A stretch of DNA of 64,000 nucleotides from Malacoraja senta. Taxonomy: Eukaryota. The notes beneath the pieces are model-generated. The model searched no databases. It worked only from the letters and a program-made list of their open reading frames with translations, and was not told the DNA's origin. Positions within the stretch are counted from its first letter, which is position 1; every line of letters begins with the position of its first letter. Shown here piece after piece: positions 19,958 to 32,372 of this stretch. The translations under genes and the position numbers were made by a program. The stretch spans positions 14,572,001-14,636,000 of the forward strand of contig CM075988.1 in NCBI GenBank assembly GCA_038087875.1, given 5' to 3'.

Positions 19958-20045
19958 GGACACAAAAAGCTGGAGTAACTCAAAGGGTCAGACTGCATCT
20001 CTGGAGAAAAGGAATAGGTGACGTTTCGGGTCGAGACCCTTCAGG
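19958..20045 (-). mobile_element. Penelope-like pLTR repeat fragment (hammerhead core partly deleted)
   Basis: gacacaaaaagctggagtaactc...aggtgacgtttcgggtcgagacccttcag; the reverse complement lacks 3 nt of CTGAAGAA. Confidence 0.6.
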
Positions 20046-20965
20046 GTTATAACCTCAATGGAACCAGGGTTTCAATCTCAATGAAACCAGCAAATGGGGG
20101 TGATGTTGCCATAACTCTGTACACTCAGAGCAGTTTGGCAGGATTGATTTTCATTTTCTATTTTTCTCAGGAAGGATGAGCATTTCATTGAGGATTATTT
20201 ATTACAATTTTACCTTATTCTCCCTTACAGAATTGATGGAAGGAAGTGATGAGCTTGTAATGCACTGGCTGCATTCAACACTCTCTGCACCTTCAGGCGG
20301 TCAGAGTGATTGTCATACCAGGCTGAGATGCACCCCATCAAAATACTTTCTCAACTGTAGAAGTTCGGGATGACTGCATCAGTGTAAAGGGACCAGGTTA
20401 GGCTGTTGATTAGGTTTGTTGATTAGGAAGAAATATTAGGTGGAATCCCAGAGCAACTCCTCTGTTCTCATTTGAGTAGCACCAAGGGATCCTTTAATTT
20501 CACTCCCAACCTACTGCACTGAGGACCCACTTCAGAAGTGAACCTTAAACTCACCATTTATATAGATGTGGCGTCAAGAATACTATGATTTTGCTAAAGC
20601 TAAATGAATGTCTTAATCTTGTGGGAACAAAAACATACCAAATTATTAATTCTATGTTAAGGGGGGTGGATGGGGAGTGGTCTGGATAATGTACAGCGCC
20701 AGTAGATTTGTAAGTCAGGTTCACAACACAATAAGAGCAGAAGCATCAGAACAGGAGGAAACCACTCCCACGTCCTTGCTGTTTGTCTGTAACCTTGTAA
20801 ACTTCTCACCCTGCACATCTCTAGCAGAAAAGTAGTTATTTTTGATCTACTATATCCAAGGCTGTCACCATTTGAATAACCCATGTTGACCCCATAACAA
20901 TGTTCTTATTCAAAAGAGAATATTGACAAATCATTCTATTTGGTATCCCTTCTGAGATCTTTACT

Positions 20966-21263
20966 AGAGTCATAGAGTCTCGCAACATGGAAACAGTCCT
21001 TCGGCCCAATTTGCCAACACTAGCCAACATGTCCCATCTACACTAGTCCCACCTGCCTGCGTTTGGCCCATATCCCTCCAAATATGTCCTACCATGTACC
21101 TGTCTAAATGTTTCTTAAACATTGTGATAGTACCTGCCTCAACCATCTCCTCCGGCAACTCGTTTCATACACTCACCATTGTTGTGTGAAAAAGTTACCC
21201 CTCAGGTTTCTATTAAATCTTTCCCCCCTCTCCTTAAACTTGTTTCTTCTGGTTCTTGATTCC
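20966..21263 (-). mobile_element. CR1 LINE 3' end
   Basis: Minus-strand LPEEMVEAGTITMFKKHLDRYM followed by the 3'UTR ttgggccgaaggactgtttcc...gactctatgactct. Confidence 0.8.
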
Positions 21264-22229
21264 TGCCTAGAAATTCAGCAGCATTAAAGAGTCACATCAG
21301 AAAGCTATACTCTCTCTGAAATTCATTTAATTATGCCAAGGTGGAATGCACTCACAACCATGGACAAATTTCTAGACAAATATCTGTCCAGAATTGTGGT
21401 GCTCAGAATTGTCTGCAGTCAGCTAGCTGAAAACAAACCAGTGATTTATAAACTTCCAGCATGATCTCCCTGCGTTTGCACCCTGTGCCTTCATTTATTA
21501 ACCCAAGTAACCCATAAATGTTTTAGCTAGCATTTGCCTTAAGCATTGTGAATGTCTCTCTCCTCAGCTTTGTCATGCTATTTGTAGTATAGCTCCTCTG
21601 TCATATCACATTTCATCATTGTAAACCTCTTCCTATTGAATGCTAACTGCCTTGCATCTGCCCTGTGCACCATCGTGAATCTAAAATTACCCTCTAGATT
21701 GCCAAATTCTATACGGTTTACAAGCTTTCTTATGCACATTTGAGAAATGGATTTGGACATAAAAAAATATGCAGAGTAGTGTTATAATGGCAATTGGTTT
21801 AGAATATAAAAATACAGATGCAATGCTGAATCTATCTAGAACCAAATGACTATATTGTGTCCAACTTTGGGATTTACATCATAAAGGCACAGAATGGGGT
21901 ATAGGATGGGATATAGTGTAGCATGGGATATTTGTTTTGATAATTTAATTTGGAAGAGCATTTGAAACTTTTATAGTTACGCAAGAGAAATGAAAATGAC
22001 CAAGAAGGGAGCAAAGTAGATAGACATACTATTTACAGTGGTTGAGGAACTAGAATAATGGGATGCAGATGTAAACTGTAAAATGTATTTGTTTAAACAA
22101 TGAGGGCAGAAACCCTTTAACTAAAGTTCTGAGACTGTAAAAGTTAAATCCCAAGCAACCGTTTGAAGCAGTGAGCACATTAACACTTAGAGGTAGGTTT
22201 GATGGATATCTGACAAAGACAGAATTAAG

Positions 22230-22360
22230 TGTAAGAAGGATCTGCAGATGCTGGTTTAAACCGAAGATAGACACAAAAAGCTGGAGTAACTCAGCAGTAC
22301 AGGCAGCATCATTGGAGAGAAGGAATGGGTGATGTTTCGGGTCGAGAACCTTCTTCAGAC
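22230..22360 (-). mobile_element. Penelope-like pLTR repeat with hammerhead-like core (22331-22358)
   Basis: Reverse complement CTGAAGA-A-GGTT-CTCG-ACCC-GAAAC-ATC followed by the family body. Confidence 0.6.
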
Positions 22361-23836
22361 AGAATTAAAGCAGGTATCACGGAATGATTAAAGGGGCTTT
22401 TAGATAGGCACAAGGATATGCAGAAAGTAGGGATATGGATCTCCTGCAGGCAGAGGAGATTAGTTTAACTTGGCATCATGCTCGGCACAGACATTGTAGA
22501 CTGAAGGGCTTGCTGCTGTGCTGTACAGTTCTATATTCTATGTTCTTGGAGGTAGGGCAGGAATATAGGTTGAGACATCTGCTTGGAACAGATGAACATC
22601 ACTGTGGACTATTTATTTCAGACTGTCTATTTCTGTACATGAATTACCATCTAACTTTATGAAATTCACAACACCTCTCATGGTATTCCTCTTTTCAGTT
22701 ACGTTGCACATACTCTCTTGTAAAAGTCATAATGGCCCCAATATTATTTTCAGGGAAAAGACTACTCGACTTGCTGCTGAGGTGTGAAGAAGCCCATATT
22801 TACTTGTGTGAATCCCCAACCTCAACTTGTGCTTCAAAGTCAACCCAAACCTCAGTGGCAAGGCCTTGTTAACATTAGTGCTCATCATATGGGAGGAGAA
22901 GTCAACATAAGCCCCATCCACTGAACAACCGAAAACAGGAGATAGCTGGACCAGTGTAGCTGGCTGTCAAAACTTTACTGGCTTCTAAATATCTCTGCCA
23001 ATGAAAAAGGATATTCAAATTGTTAAACCAATTAGAATTAACTAAATAATTGTAAACTTGAAAAACAGTACACTTAAATATGTAATAAATACTCATGTAT
23101 TTTAAATAAATTAAAATGAGGTTAGAAAATGTAAACTTGCTGATTGTTAACTTTATCCCCCACAGCTATACCTCTCTGTTCTTATGAAGGCTAGCATGGT
23201 GTCCACACCTGTTTTAACATGACATATATTGTTAGGGCTGATTTCCCAGGGCAATCGTTCTGCATTTGTTGCAAACTTGTTCTCTACCCATCAGTGCACA
23301 GTCCGATTCAGAAATCATTCTGCAAGCAAGTATAACATAAGGACCTCTGCATTCCCGCAGGTATTCCAAAGTCGCCATCCACTACATGAGAAATTATTGG
23401 CTGCCATGCGGAAACGGCTGACAAATTTTGCCCAGTCTGACCTTTGCCAACAAATACACCTCTGCCTAATTGAATTCTCCCTCATAGCAATCTCCTCTTA
23501 TATTGGTTACGATCACAACTGATCTGCCATATTGACTACATCAGTAATCATTGACTTCATCTTTCTACTCACCATTATCCTTTCCTTCCACATCCTCAGC
23601 AATGATGTCCTTCTCCAGCCTTTCCCCAGCATTGACCTTCCAGTTGGTCTTCCCTATCTGCAAAAGATACCTGGCATTGAAGTAAGAGCTTCAGCGTTTA
23701 TGCAGGTATATTTCAGAGGAGAATGTGGATGGGAAGTCCAAGACATAGTCTGCTGTAGGTGATCCTGCATCGATTTGGCCTGCTGTAGCGAAGACAACAA
23801 AAAGGAAGAAAGGAGGGTAGCACAGTGGCTCAACTT

Positions 23837-24268
23837 GGGTAACACAGTGGCACAGGTGGTGGAGCTACTGCCTCACAGTGCCAGAGACTGGGGTCCGATT
23901 CTGGCCTCAGGTGCTGTCTCTATGGATTTGCACATTTTCCCTGTGACCATGTAGGTTTCCTCGAGGTGCTCCAGTTTCCTCCCGCATCCCAAAGACGTGC
24001 AGGCTTTTAGGCTAATTGGCTTCTGAAAATACCTGTAATGTGTAAGGAGTGTGTGCGAAAATGGGATAACATAGAACTAGTGTAAATAGGGTGATCATGG
24101 TCGGTGTGGTCTTGGTAGGTCGAAGGGTCTGAAGAAGAGTTCCAACTCGAAACGTCACCCATCCTTTTTCTTCAGAGAAGCTGCCTAACCCGCTGAGTTA
24201 CTCCAGCACTTTGTATCTATCATCTGGTGGGCCAAAGGCCTGCTTAATGCTATATCATTCAATCAATA
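23837..24268 (+). mobile_element. V-SINE (HE1-like) interrupted near its tail by a pLTR/hammerhead repeat (~24125-24222)
   Basis: tRNA-like head and V-domain ccagtttcctcccgcatcccaaagacgtgc. The tail motif ggtaggtcgaaggg / ggtgggccaaaggcc appears on both sides of the insertion. Confidence 0.75.
24125..24160 (+). ncRNA. Minimal type-I hammerhead ribozyme motif (predicted)
   Basis: GGGT-CTGAAGA-A-GAGT(TCCA)ACTC-GAAA-CG-TC-ACCC: 4-bp stem I, intact CUGANGA/GAAA core, 4-bp stem II, palindromic ACGT stem III and GUC cleavage triplet. Confidence 0.6.
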
Positions 24269-24920
24269 TAAAAAAATGCATTGCCAAGATGTGAATAAAT
24301 GAGAAGCCATTTGAACAAGTATTTTTGGAAGTTGCATTAATGTTACATAGTTCTGATTACAGCATTGTTATCATACTTGTTATTGCTAGCTTGTGTTGTG
24401 GTTTTTATATCTTATCCCAGACTTTTAAATCTTACCATTCACACCTCTATACTTATCTAGTTACACATTCCAGCACCAATTTTCAGAATAAATTAGAATA
24501 GGTCCCTGATCTTTGTTAGATCAATCCAATCGATATCAAAATCAAAACGACAAATTGAAATCATCCTTCTTAGCACTAAAATGTTCATAACAACTGGTCA
24601 ATGAGATAGTTGAACATTATTCAATAAATTAATAATTAATACAATTTGGAAAGGCAAAGACAAGGTCAACATGTGAAGATTCTGTAAAAGCCACGACTGG
24701 ATATTTTAGTAAGGAAACTGGAGGAAGTGCAAAATTGAAGACAGGACAAAACTAAGAAATCTGGAGGTTGATATGATCAATAATTAATCAGGATGCTTTT
24801 TGGACCTGGAATAGATTCAAAAGGCAAAAAAGTGCACTACACAGCAATGATTCTGTTCTTTACACTGTTTGGTTAAGTTTTGAAAAGTCATTAAGTTTTC
24901 TGAAATAAAGTTTTTTTTTA

Positions 24921-25228
24921 AATGGTTGGCTGCCAGTGACTGGTGGTATTCCGCAGGGGGTCGATGTTGGTATCGACTTCTGCTTCACATGGTATATCAA
25001 TGATTTGGAAGATGGAATTGAGGGCTTTGTGGCCAAGGTTGCAGATAATACGAAGATCGGATAGCATAGATGAAGCAGGGAGTCTACAGAAGGACTTGGA
25101 CAGGTTGGGAGAGTGGGCAAAGAAGTGGCATATGCAATGCAGCATAGCAAAGTATGCGGTCATGCATAATGCATAGTATGAATAAAGGCATAGATGATTT
25201 TCTAAATGGGGAGTGGATTCTGAAATCA
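24921..25228 (+). mobile_element. Old degraded CR1 RT fragment
   Basis: gtgactggtggtattccgcaggggg (G.PQG motif), gcagataatacgaagatcgg (decayed ADDTK), and LQKDLDRLGEWAKKWHMQ. Confidence 0.8.
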
Positions 25229-25278
25229 AAACAACCTGTAGATGAGTTCAACGGGTTGAGCAACGTTTGTAGGTATAA

Positions 25279-28024
25279 ATAGCTATTAATGATTATGATA
25301 TAGTTGGGATCACGGAGACATGGCTCCAGGGTGACCAAGGCTGGGAGCTGAACATCCAGGGATATTCAATATTCAGGAGGGATAGAGAGAAAGGAAAAGG
25401 AGGTGGGGTAGCGTTGCTGGTTAGAGAGGAGATTAACGCAGTGGAAAGGAAGGACATTAGCTTGGAGGATGTGGAATCGGTATGGGTAGAGCTGCGAAAC
25501 ACTAAGGGGCAGAAAACGCTGGTGGCTGTTGTGTACAGGCCACCTAGCAGTAGTAGTGAAGTTGGGGATGGCATCAAACAGGAAATTAGAAATGCGTGCA
25601 ACAAAGGCAAAACGGTTATAATGGGTGACTTCAATCTACATATAGATTGGGTGAATCAAATTGGCAGGGGTGCTGAGGAAGAGGATTTCTTGGAATGTAT
25701 GCGAGATAGTTATCTAAACCAACATGTAGAGGAACCAACGAGAGAGCAGGCTATTCTAGACTGGGTATTGAGTAATGAGGAAGGGTTAGTTAGCAGTCTT
25801 GTTGTGCGTGCCCCCTTGGGCAAGAGTGACCATAATATGGTTGAGTTCTTCATTAGGATGGAGAGTGACATTGTTAATTCAGAAACAACGGTTCTGAACT
25901 TAAAGAAAGGTAACTTTGAGGGTATGATACGTGAATTGGCCAAGATTGACTGGCAATTAGTTCTAAAAGGGTTGACGGTGGATATGCAATGGAAGACATT
26001 TAAAGACTGCATGGATGAACTACAAAAATTGTTCATCCCAGTTTGGCAAAAGAATAAATCAGGGAAGGTAGTGCATCCGTGGATAACAAGGGAAATCAGG
26101 GATAGTATCAAAGCAAAAGATGATGTGTACAAATTAGCCAGAAAAAGCAGCATACCAGAGGACTGGGAGAAATTCAGAGACCAGCAGAGGAGGAAAAAGG
26201 GCTTAATTAGGAAAGGGAAAATAGATTATGAAAGAAAACTGGCAGGGAACATAAAAATGAACTGCAAAAAGTTTTTATAGATATGTGAAGAGAAAGAGAT
26301 TAGTTAAAACAAATGTAGGTCCCTTGCAGTCAGAAACAGGTGAACTGATCATGGGGAACAAGGATATGGCAGACCAATTGAATAACTACTTTGGTTCCGT
26401 CTTCACTAAGGAAGACATAAATAATCTGCCGGAAATAGCAGGGGGCCGCGGGTCAAAGGAGATGGAGGAACTGAGTGAAATCCAGGTTAGTCGGGAAGTG
26501 GTGTTGGGTAAATTGAATGGATTAAAGGCCGATAAATCACCAGGGCCAGATAGGCTGCATCCCAGAGTACTTAAGGAAGTAGCTCCAGAAATAGTGGATG
26601 CATTAGTGATAATTTTTCAAAACTCTTTAGATTCTGGAGTAGTTCCTGAGGATTGGAGGGTAGCAAACGTAACCCCACTTTTTAAGAAGGGAGGGAGAGA
26701 GAAATCGGGGAATTACAGACCAGTTAGTCTAACATCGGTAGTGGGGAAACTGCTAGAGTCAGTTATTAAAGATGGGATAGCAGCACATTTGGAAAGTGGT
26801 GAAATCATTGGACAAAGTCAGCATGGATTTACGAAAGGTAAATCGTGTCTGACGAATCTTATAGAATTTTTCGAGGATGTAACTAGTAGAGTGGATAGGG
26901 GAGAACCAGTGGATGTGTTGTATCTGGACTTTCAGAAGGCTTTCGACAAGGTACCACATAAGAGATTAGTATACAAACTTAAAGCACATGGTATTGGGGG
27001 TTCAGTATTGATGTGGATAGAGAACTGGCTGGCAAACAGGAAACAAAGAGTAGGAGTAAACGGGTCCTTTTCACAATGGCAGGCAGTGACTAGTGGGGTA
27101 CCGCAAGGCTCAGTGCTGGGACCCCAGCTACTTACAATTTATATTAATGAACTGGATGAGGGAATTGAAGGCAACATCTCCAAGTTTGCGGATGACACTA
27201 AGCTGGGGGGCAGTGTTAGCTGGGAGGAGGATGCTAGGAGACTGCAAGGTGACTTGGATAGGTTGGGTGAGTGGGCAAATGTTTGGCAGATGCAGTATAA
27301 TGTGGATAAATGTGAGGTTATCCACTTTGGTGGCAAAAACAGGAAAGCAGACTATTATCTAAATGGTGGCCGATTAGGAAATGGGGAGATGCAGCGAGAC
27401 CTGGGTGTCATGGTACACCAGTCATTGAAAGTAGGCATGCAGGTGCAGCAGGCAGTGAAGAAAGCGAATGGTATGTTAGTTTTCATAGCAAAAGGATTTG
27501 AGTATAGGAGCAGGGAGGTTCTACTGCAGTTGTACAGGGTCTTGGTGAGACCACACCTGGAGTATTGCGTACAGTTTTGGTCTCCAAATCTGAGGAAGGA
27601 CATTATAGCCATAGAGGGAGTGCAGAGAAGGTTCACCAGACTGATTCCTGGGATGTCAGGACTTTCATATGAAGAAAGACTGGATAGACTTGGCTTATAC
27701 TCGCTAGAATTTAGGAGATTGAGAGGGGATCTTATAGAAACGTACAAAATTCTTATGGGGTTGGACAGGCTAGATGCAGGAAGATTGTTCCCGATGTTGG
27801 GGAAGTCCAGGACAAGGGGTCACAGCTTAAGGATAAGGGGGAAATCCTTTAAGACCGAGATGAGAAAAAACGTTTTCACACAGAGAGTGGTGAATCTCTG
27901 GAACTCTCTGCCACAGAGGGTAGTTGAGGCCAGTTCATTGGCTATATTTAAGAGGGAGTTAGATGTGGCCCTTGTGGCTAAAGGGATCAGGGGGTATGGA
28001 GAGAAGGCAGGTACGGGATACTGA
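25279..28024 (+). pseudogene. CR1 ORF2 endonuclease/reverse transcriptase (frames 25279-26280 and 26285-28024; about 914 aa if one A is removed)
   Basis: Removing one A from the A5 run at 26266-26270 restores ...NCKSFYRYVKRKR... and joins the two listed ORFs. The N-terminal endonuclease residues and ORF1 are absent. Confidence 0.9.
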
Positions 28025-28124
28025 GTTGGATGATCAGCCATGATCATATTGAATGGCGGTGCAGGCTCGAAGGGCCGAATGGCCTACTCTTGCACCTATT
28101 TTCTATGTATCTATGTATCTATGT
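25279..28124 (+). mobile_element. Young CR1 LINE, 5'-truncated inside the endonuclease; ORF2 (APE + RT) with a single +1 frameshift at ~26266-26270; 3'UTR ending in (TCTATGTA)n
   Basis: APE motifs GITETW, YRPP, GDFN, LD.VL, SDH. RT motifs NYRPVSLTS, QHGF.KGKSCLTNL, YLDFQKAFDKV, GVPQGSVLGP, FADDTKL. The 8-bp terminal repeat is typical of CR1. Confidence 0.97.
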
Positions 28125-29839
28125 AAATGAATGGCCGATGTTTCTGTTCGAAACCCTGAACCAGGACGGAGAGTGCAGAAGGGAGGTTGCCATTATAAAG
28201 AAGAGAGGGGAAGTGGTGACACAGATTTGCTCAACCCACTGAGTTCCTCCATCCAGCAGATTGTTGGGTACTCCAGCTTCTAGCATCGGCAGTCTCTTGT
28301 GCCTCTCTGCCATCACTGTCCTAGAAAAGTGAATATCCTGGGTACATTGCTCCCCAGATATCTCAGGATAGGCGTGTGGATCCTGGAACAATCCAGGACT
28401 GTGCCTTATCTGACAAGTCCACTGAGACTTCGGCACATCTGCTCCAACTCTGCTTTGTTTTGAAGGCCAAGTGGGACCACAGCCATGATTCCCAAGTTAG
28501 CAATAAAAACTACCTCAAACTTATCGCTTACAGAAATTTATTCCATCTTATCAATACTCTCTTCAACTCTACTGAATAATGTAAGATTAATTCTCCTTCA
28601 AATTACCTCCCAAGACTTTGCTCATTATTCATGATAATTAAGAAAGGCATGTCCAAGCTGATTAGATCTGCTTTCGTATCTGCCATCCTCATTGAGTGTT
28701 AATTGTACAAATGTTATTCACTTTCACAGTAGAAGCATCAATTGCGCTTTGCATGTTGATGAACAATATCCAATTGTTCTAAAGTAGGCAAACCATCTAA
28801 ACCAAATTCATATCTTGTGCGCCATGCACTAAAAAATAGCAATGGCACTTTGCAATCAATTTTATAACTCAATTTTTAAGTTTGTCATAAATAAAATAAT
28901 GCACAAAACATGAACCTCAAGGTCATGAAATTCTTAGGTGCTTCAGTGTTTTGGTATTCAGTGATGGTATCATTTTTTTGTGCCTATACAGGGCAACTAT
29001 ATGTTTCACTGTGTAAGTTATATTGAATGCAACTCTGCAATGTGCAAACTAACTTCTGCAAAGATAAGAGCAACTTCTGTTGAGTATCAGTGGCCCATAA
29101 GAAATGTGTGTTATTATTTATCACAGAAGGTAGCGATAATAGACTTTATAGAAAGGAATGATGCACTTCCACCATTTTGCTCTAACAGTCAGCCTTGCAC
29201 TTCTGAAGGAAGTGCAAAATTGGTCCAAAGGTTGAATTACCAACCAGTACCTGTTGATAACTAATATGACCTGGGTTACAGCAGTGTTTGTGGCAATCTA
29301 TTAAACTGCATAACAATATTAGTGAATGTTTATTGACCATCCATCCAATCCTAACATGAATAAATGGAAGCAGTTTTGTTAAATCAGCTAATCAATAAAG
29401 TATCTGTGGCCATGTCTTTATGTGCTGAATCTATTTTTCACTCGCATCAATTTAATATTGAAACTTGTCAATATTAGAATTGCTAACACTTTGGATTTGT
29501 ACATTTTAATTGGTGGTACAGAACTTGGAAAAATAATATTTGAAGCCTGACCTTTTTTTGAGTTGTATATGTACACGTAACAAGTGGCTGTTTGGCTGAT
29601 GAATATGGTACTGACTAGAATTCAAATCCTATTTATACCAATCAGATAAATTGTCTAATTTGTAGCCCACAATGAGAAATATAACCAATATAGATTACAA
29701 GATAAATGCTACAAGGTCAATATCCGGGAAGGTAATTGTACTATTGCCATGCCAGAGACTGTAGATGCTGGAATCTTGAGCAAAGAAAATGTTCTGGGGA
29801 ACTCAGCAGATCAGGCAGCATTTGTGAAGGGGAAATGAA

Positions 29840-30110
29840 TGCCAAGACAGCCTTTGTTCGTTGGAGAAAAAGGATGTTTGAAGATCGAGGTTTCAAACCT
29901 GGTTCTAACCTCATGGTCTATGAACAGCAATGATCTTTGCCCTCATGTATGTGCCCAAGCTCTGGACTACCTACAGCAGGCAACTAACTCATTGTGGAAA
30001 AAAACCTATGTTTGAAAATACTTCCAAATCCACAGGCAAACCAATGTTAGTGTCCTTTCCCAAGCCAACACCTCTGGCGTTGAGGCCCCACTGCACTCAG
30101 GTAGCTTCAT
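29840..30110 (+). mobile_element. Degraded RTE-clade LINE fragment
   Basis: AKTAFVRWRKRMFEDRGFKPGSNLMVY, then (frameshifted) ALMYVPKLWTTYSRQL, resemble the RTE post-RT region (A..AFG.L..RV.....TK..VY......LLY..ETWT). Confidence 0.6.
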
Positions 30111-31584
30111 TGGGCAGTCCATGTTCTGGGAAACAGTGGCAAAAAGGGCAGAGGTTCAGATTATGGCAAGATATCCAAAGGCTTAGGTGTACACCCTAAG
30201 CCGTGAACATCACGTGGACACTGATTTAATATTCTTAGCGCAAGAGGAATATTGGGAGTTCATGGCCTCGAGCAGTTCAAAAGATGACTGATTTGTTTAG
30301 ACTCACATGAGAGCTAGTTCAGCATAGTATGAAGACAATGGCTTTACCAATGCTGGTGTCAACTACAAAGATAGTAGTGGACTGTTATAGAATTTCAAAC
30401 ATGTTGTATGGTGTTGATGTAGTGGAAATGATTGCACAGGTCGAGGAAAATGACATGGTATTTAAATTATTGAGGGAAGATGTGGGAGGACGTGAAGAGT
30501 GATGATCCCATGCATGCTGTTTCCTCAAGCTTGAACTTAGAATGTTTGCTGAGGACACTGTGGCTAAGTTGCAGCAAGGGGAACTGAGAATCATGATGCT
30601 TAAGATGCCTACACTGTAAACCACCAAGACAGGAAGAGGTTTTGTCTTCCTAACTTCAAAAGGACAACAAAAAATAACAGCAAAACACACATCATTGTGG
30701 AGCCAGTATTAGTCATAACATAAGAATGTTGTGAAGGTAGGAAGCTCTGAGGAAAATTTAAGTTAGGGATTGTTATAATTGGTTGGATGATCCTTAGGAA
30801 TATGTTGGAGAGAATTAATTATTGTAATTATTCTTATAGCTAAGGGAATTTTCGGTCGGCATTAAGTTTGGGGTTGTAATTGATGAGTGGAAGTGATTTC
30901 ATACATTATGTATTCATAGTCACGTGAAATAATGGAAAGATTTAGTATGGGATATGAGACTTGTACTTGGTGAAGCCTATTAGAGAAATCCATCATGGGA
31001 TTTGCTTACAGTAGAGTTACATATTGTGGTTGGCTGGAATAGAAAACGGAATGGGTTTATGTTTATCCTGGAACCATAGGATGATTTTGGCTCAAAAGGA
31101 AGCAATTCAGCTCATCATGTGCACACCAACTCTCAACTTATGGAACACATTGGTTCTGTCCACCGAACCACTTCCTTGTAACACTGCAGTTTTTTTCTTC
31201 ACCATTTGCGTAATTACAATAGATGATCTAATTCCATCCCGAAGGCCAAATGAAAACTGCCTCCTCTGTAGATTCCACCAGATTAACCAATCTCAATTGC
31301 ACGTCGCACGAAAGGCTGCCTATGCCACTAGTCGATTTTTTACTGCTAAATTAAGTTTATAGTCATTGATTGTGCAAATATTTAGTTACTTCTAAAAATT
31401 CACATTACGTGCAACCAATTAATGAACAGAACAAGTTATGTAGATTGCCGTTACTTATATGGGTGTGCTTTATCGGCCATTGGTTTTAGTTGAATGTTAG
31501 CTGCCTGCAATAAAAGGATAAGAACTTCTAACCTCCTTAAAAACCGAAACAAAAAAATCTATCCAAAGTTTAAAAACTAGAGTG

Positions 31585-31865
31585 TGTAGGAAGGAACTGC
31601 AGATGCTGGTTGATACCTATGATAGACACAAAACGCTGGAGTAACTCAGCGGGTCAGGCAGTGTCTCTGGAGAAAACGAACATGTGATGTTTCTGGTTGG
31701 AACCCTTCTTCAAACGAAAGGATAGAGAAGGCCAGAACAAAAGAAGGCCAGCAGTAGATGACCTCAGGAAAGGTGGAGTTCATAATGGTCCATTGTTGGC
31801 TGGGGAAGGTGTACTAAAGACAGGGATACAAGGATGCGAACAGTGGATTTAGAAGGACAACGAGG
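31585..31865 (-). mobile_element. Penelope-like pLTR repeat (longer copy, degraded core)
   Basis: aggaactgcagatgctgg...gacacaaaacgctggagtaactcagcgggtcaggc...gatgtttctggttggaacccttcttc. The extension aatggtccattgttgg is shared with 55970-56230. Confidence 0.6.
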
Positions 31866-31989
31866 GCACAAGCAAACAGCAATTTCAAGCTCTTGTTTCA
31901 ATCACTTGCTGCTGGGGCCAAAATACACATATAGTTAACAAGAATATCAAATTCCTGTTAAACTGTGGTTTGGCTCATTGCTATCACTC

Positions 31990-32372
31990 CCTTTTCTAAA
32001 TGATATCAGGATCCTCTCCTGGTCTTGACTGCGGTGCTGAAGGAGTCTGCATTGTAAAAGGTGTCATATGTGATACTAAACTGAGGCCCAGCCCTTGACT
32101 ACCTTTCCAAGAGAACATAAAGTATTGGTAGCATTTCCACAAGAAGGCCAAAGGAATTCCCCCAGTCTGTTGGTCAATATTCATTACCCAACCAGCATCT
32201 CAAGATGAGTAATGGGTCAAACATCTCCTGGCTGTGTCTAGGAATTTACAGCATGTGAACTATCTCCTGTATTTCCATAAAATAAATATTAAGTCCACTT
32301 CAAAGGTAATTCACTGGGTGGGAAGCGTTCTAATACACGAGAGGCAATAAATAAACACAACTCTTTCTTTCA
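31990..32372 (+). mobile_element. Old Deu-domain SINE (SacSINE1/DeuSINE-like)
   Basis: gtgctgaaggagtctgcattgt...taaactgaggccc...ggtcaatattcattacccaaccagcatc...cacttcaaaggtaattcactggg...aaataaacacaactctttcttt follows the Deu-core and tail order as I recall it; highly diverged. Confidence 0.6.

Noticed and set aside
25293..28047. Antisense and alternate-frame ORFs overlapping the CR1 (also 38142-39096)
   Set aside because: Shadow ORFs of the LINE coding sequence.
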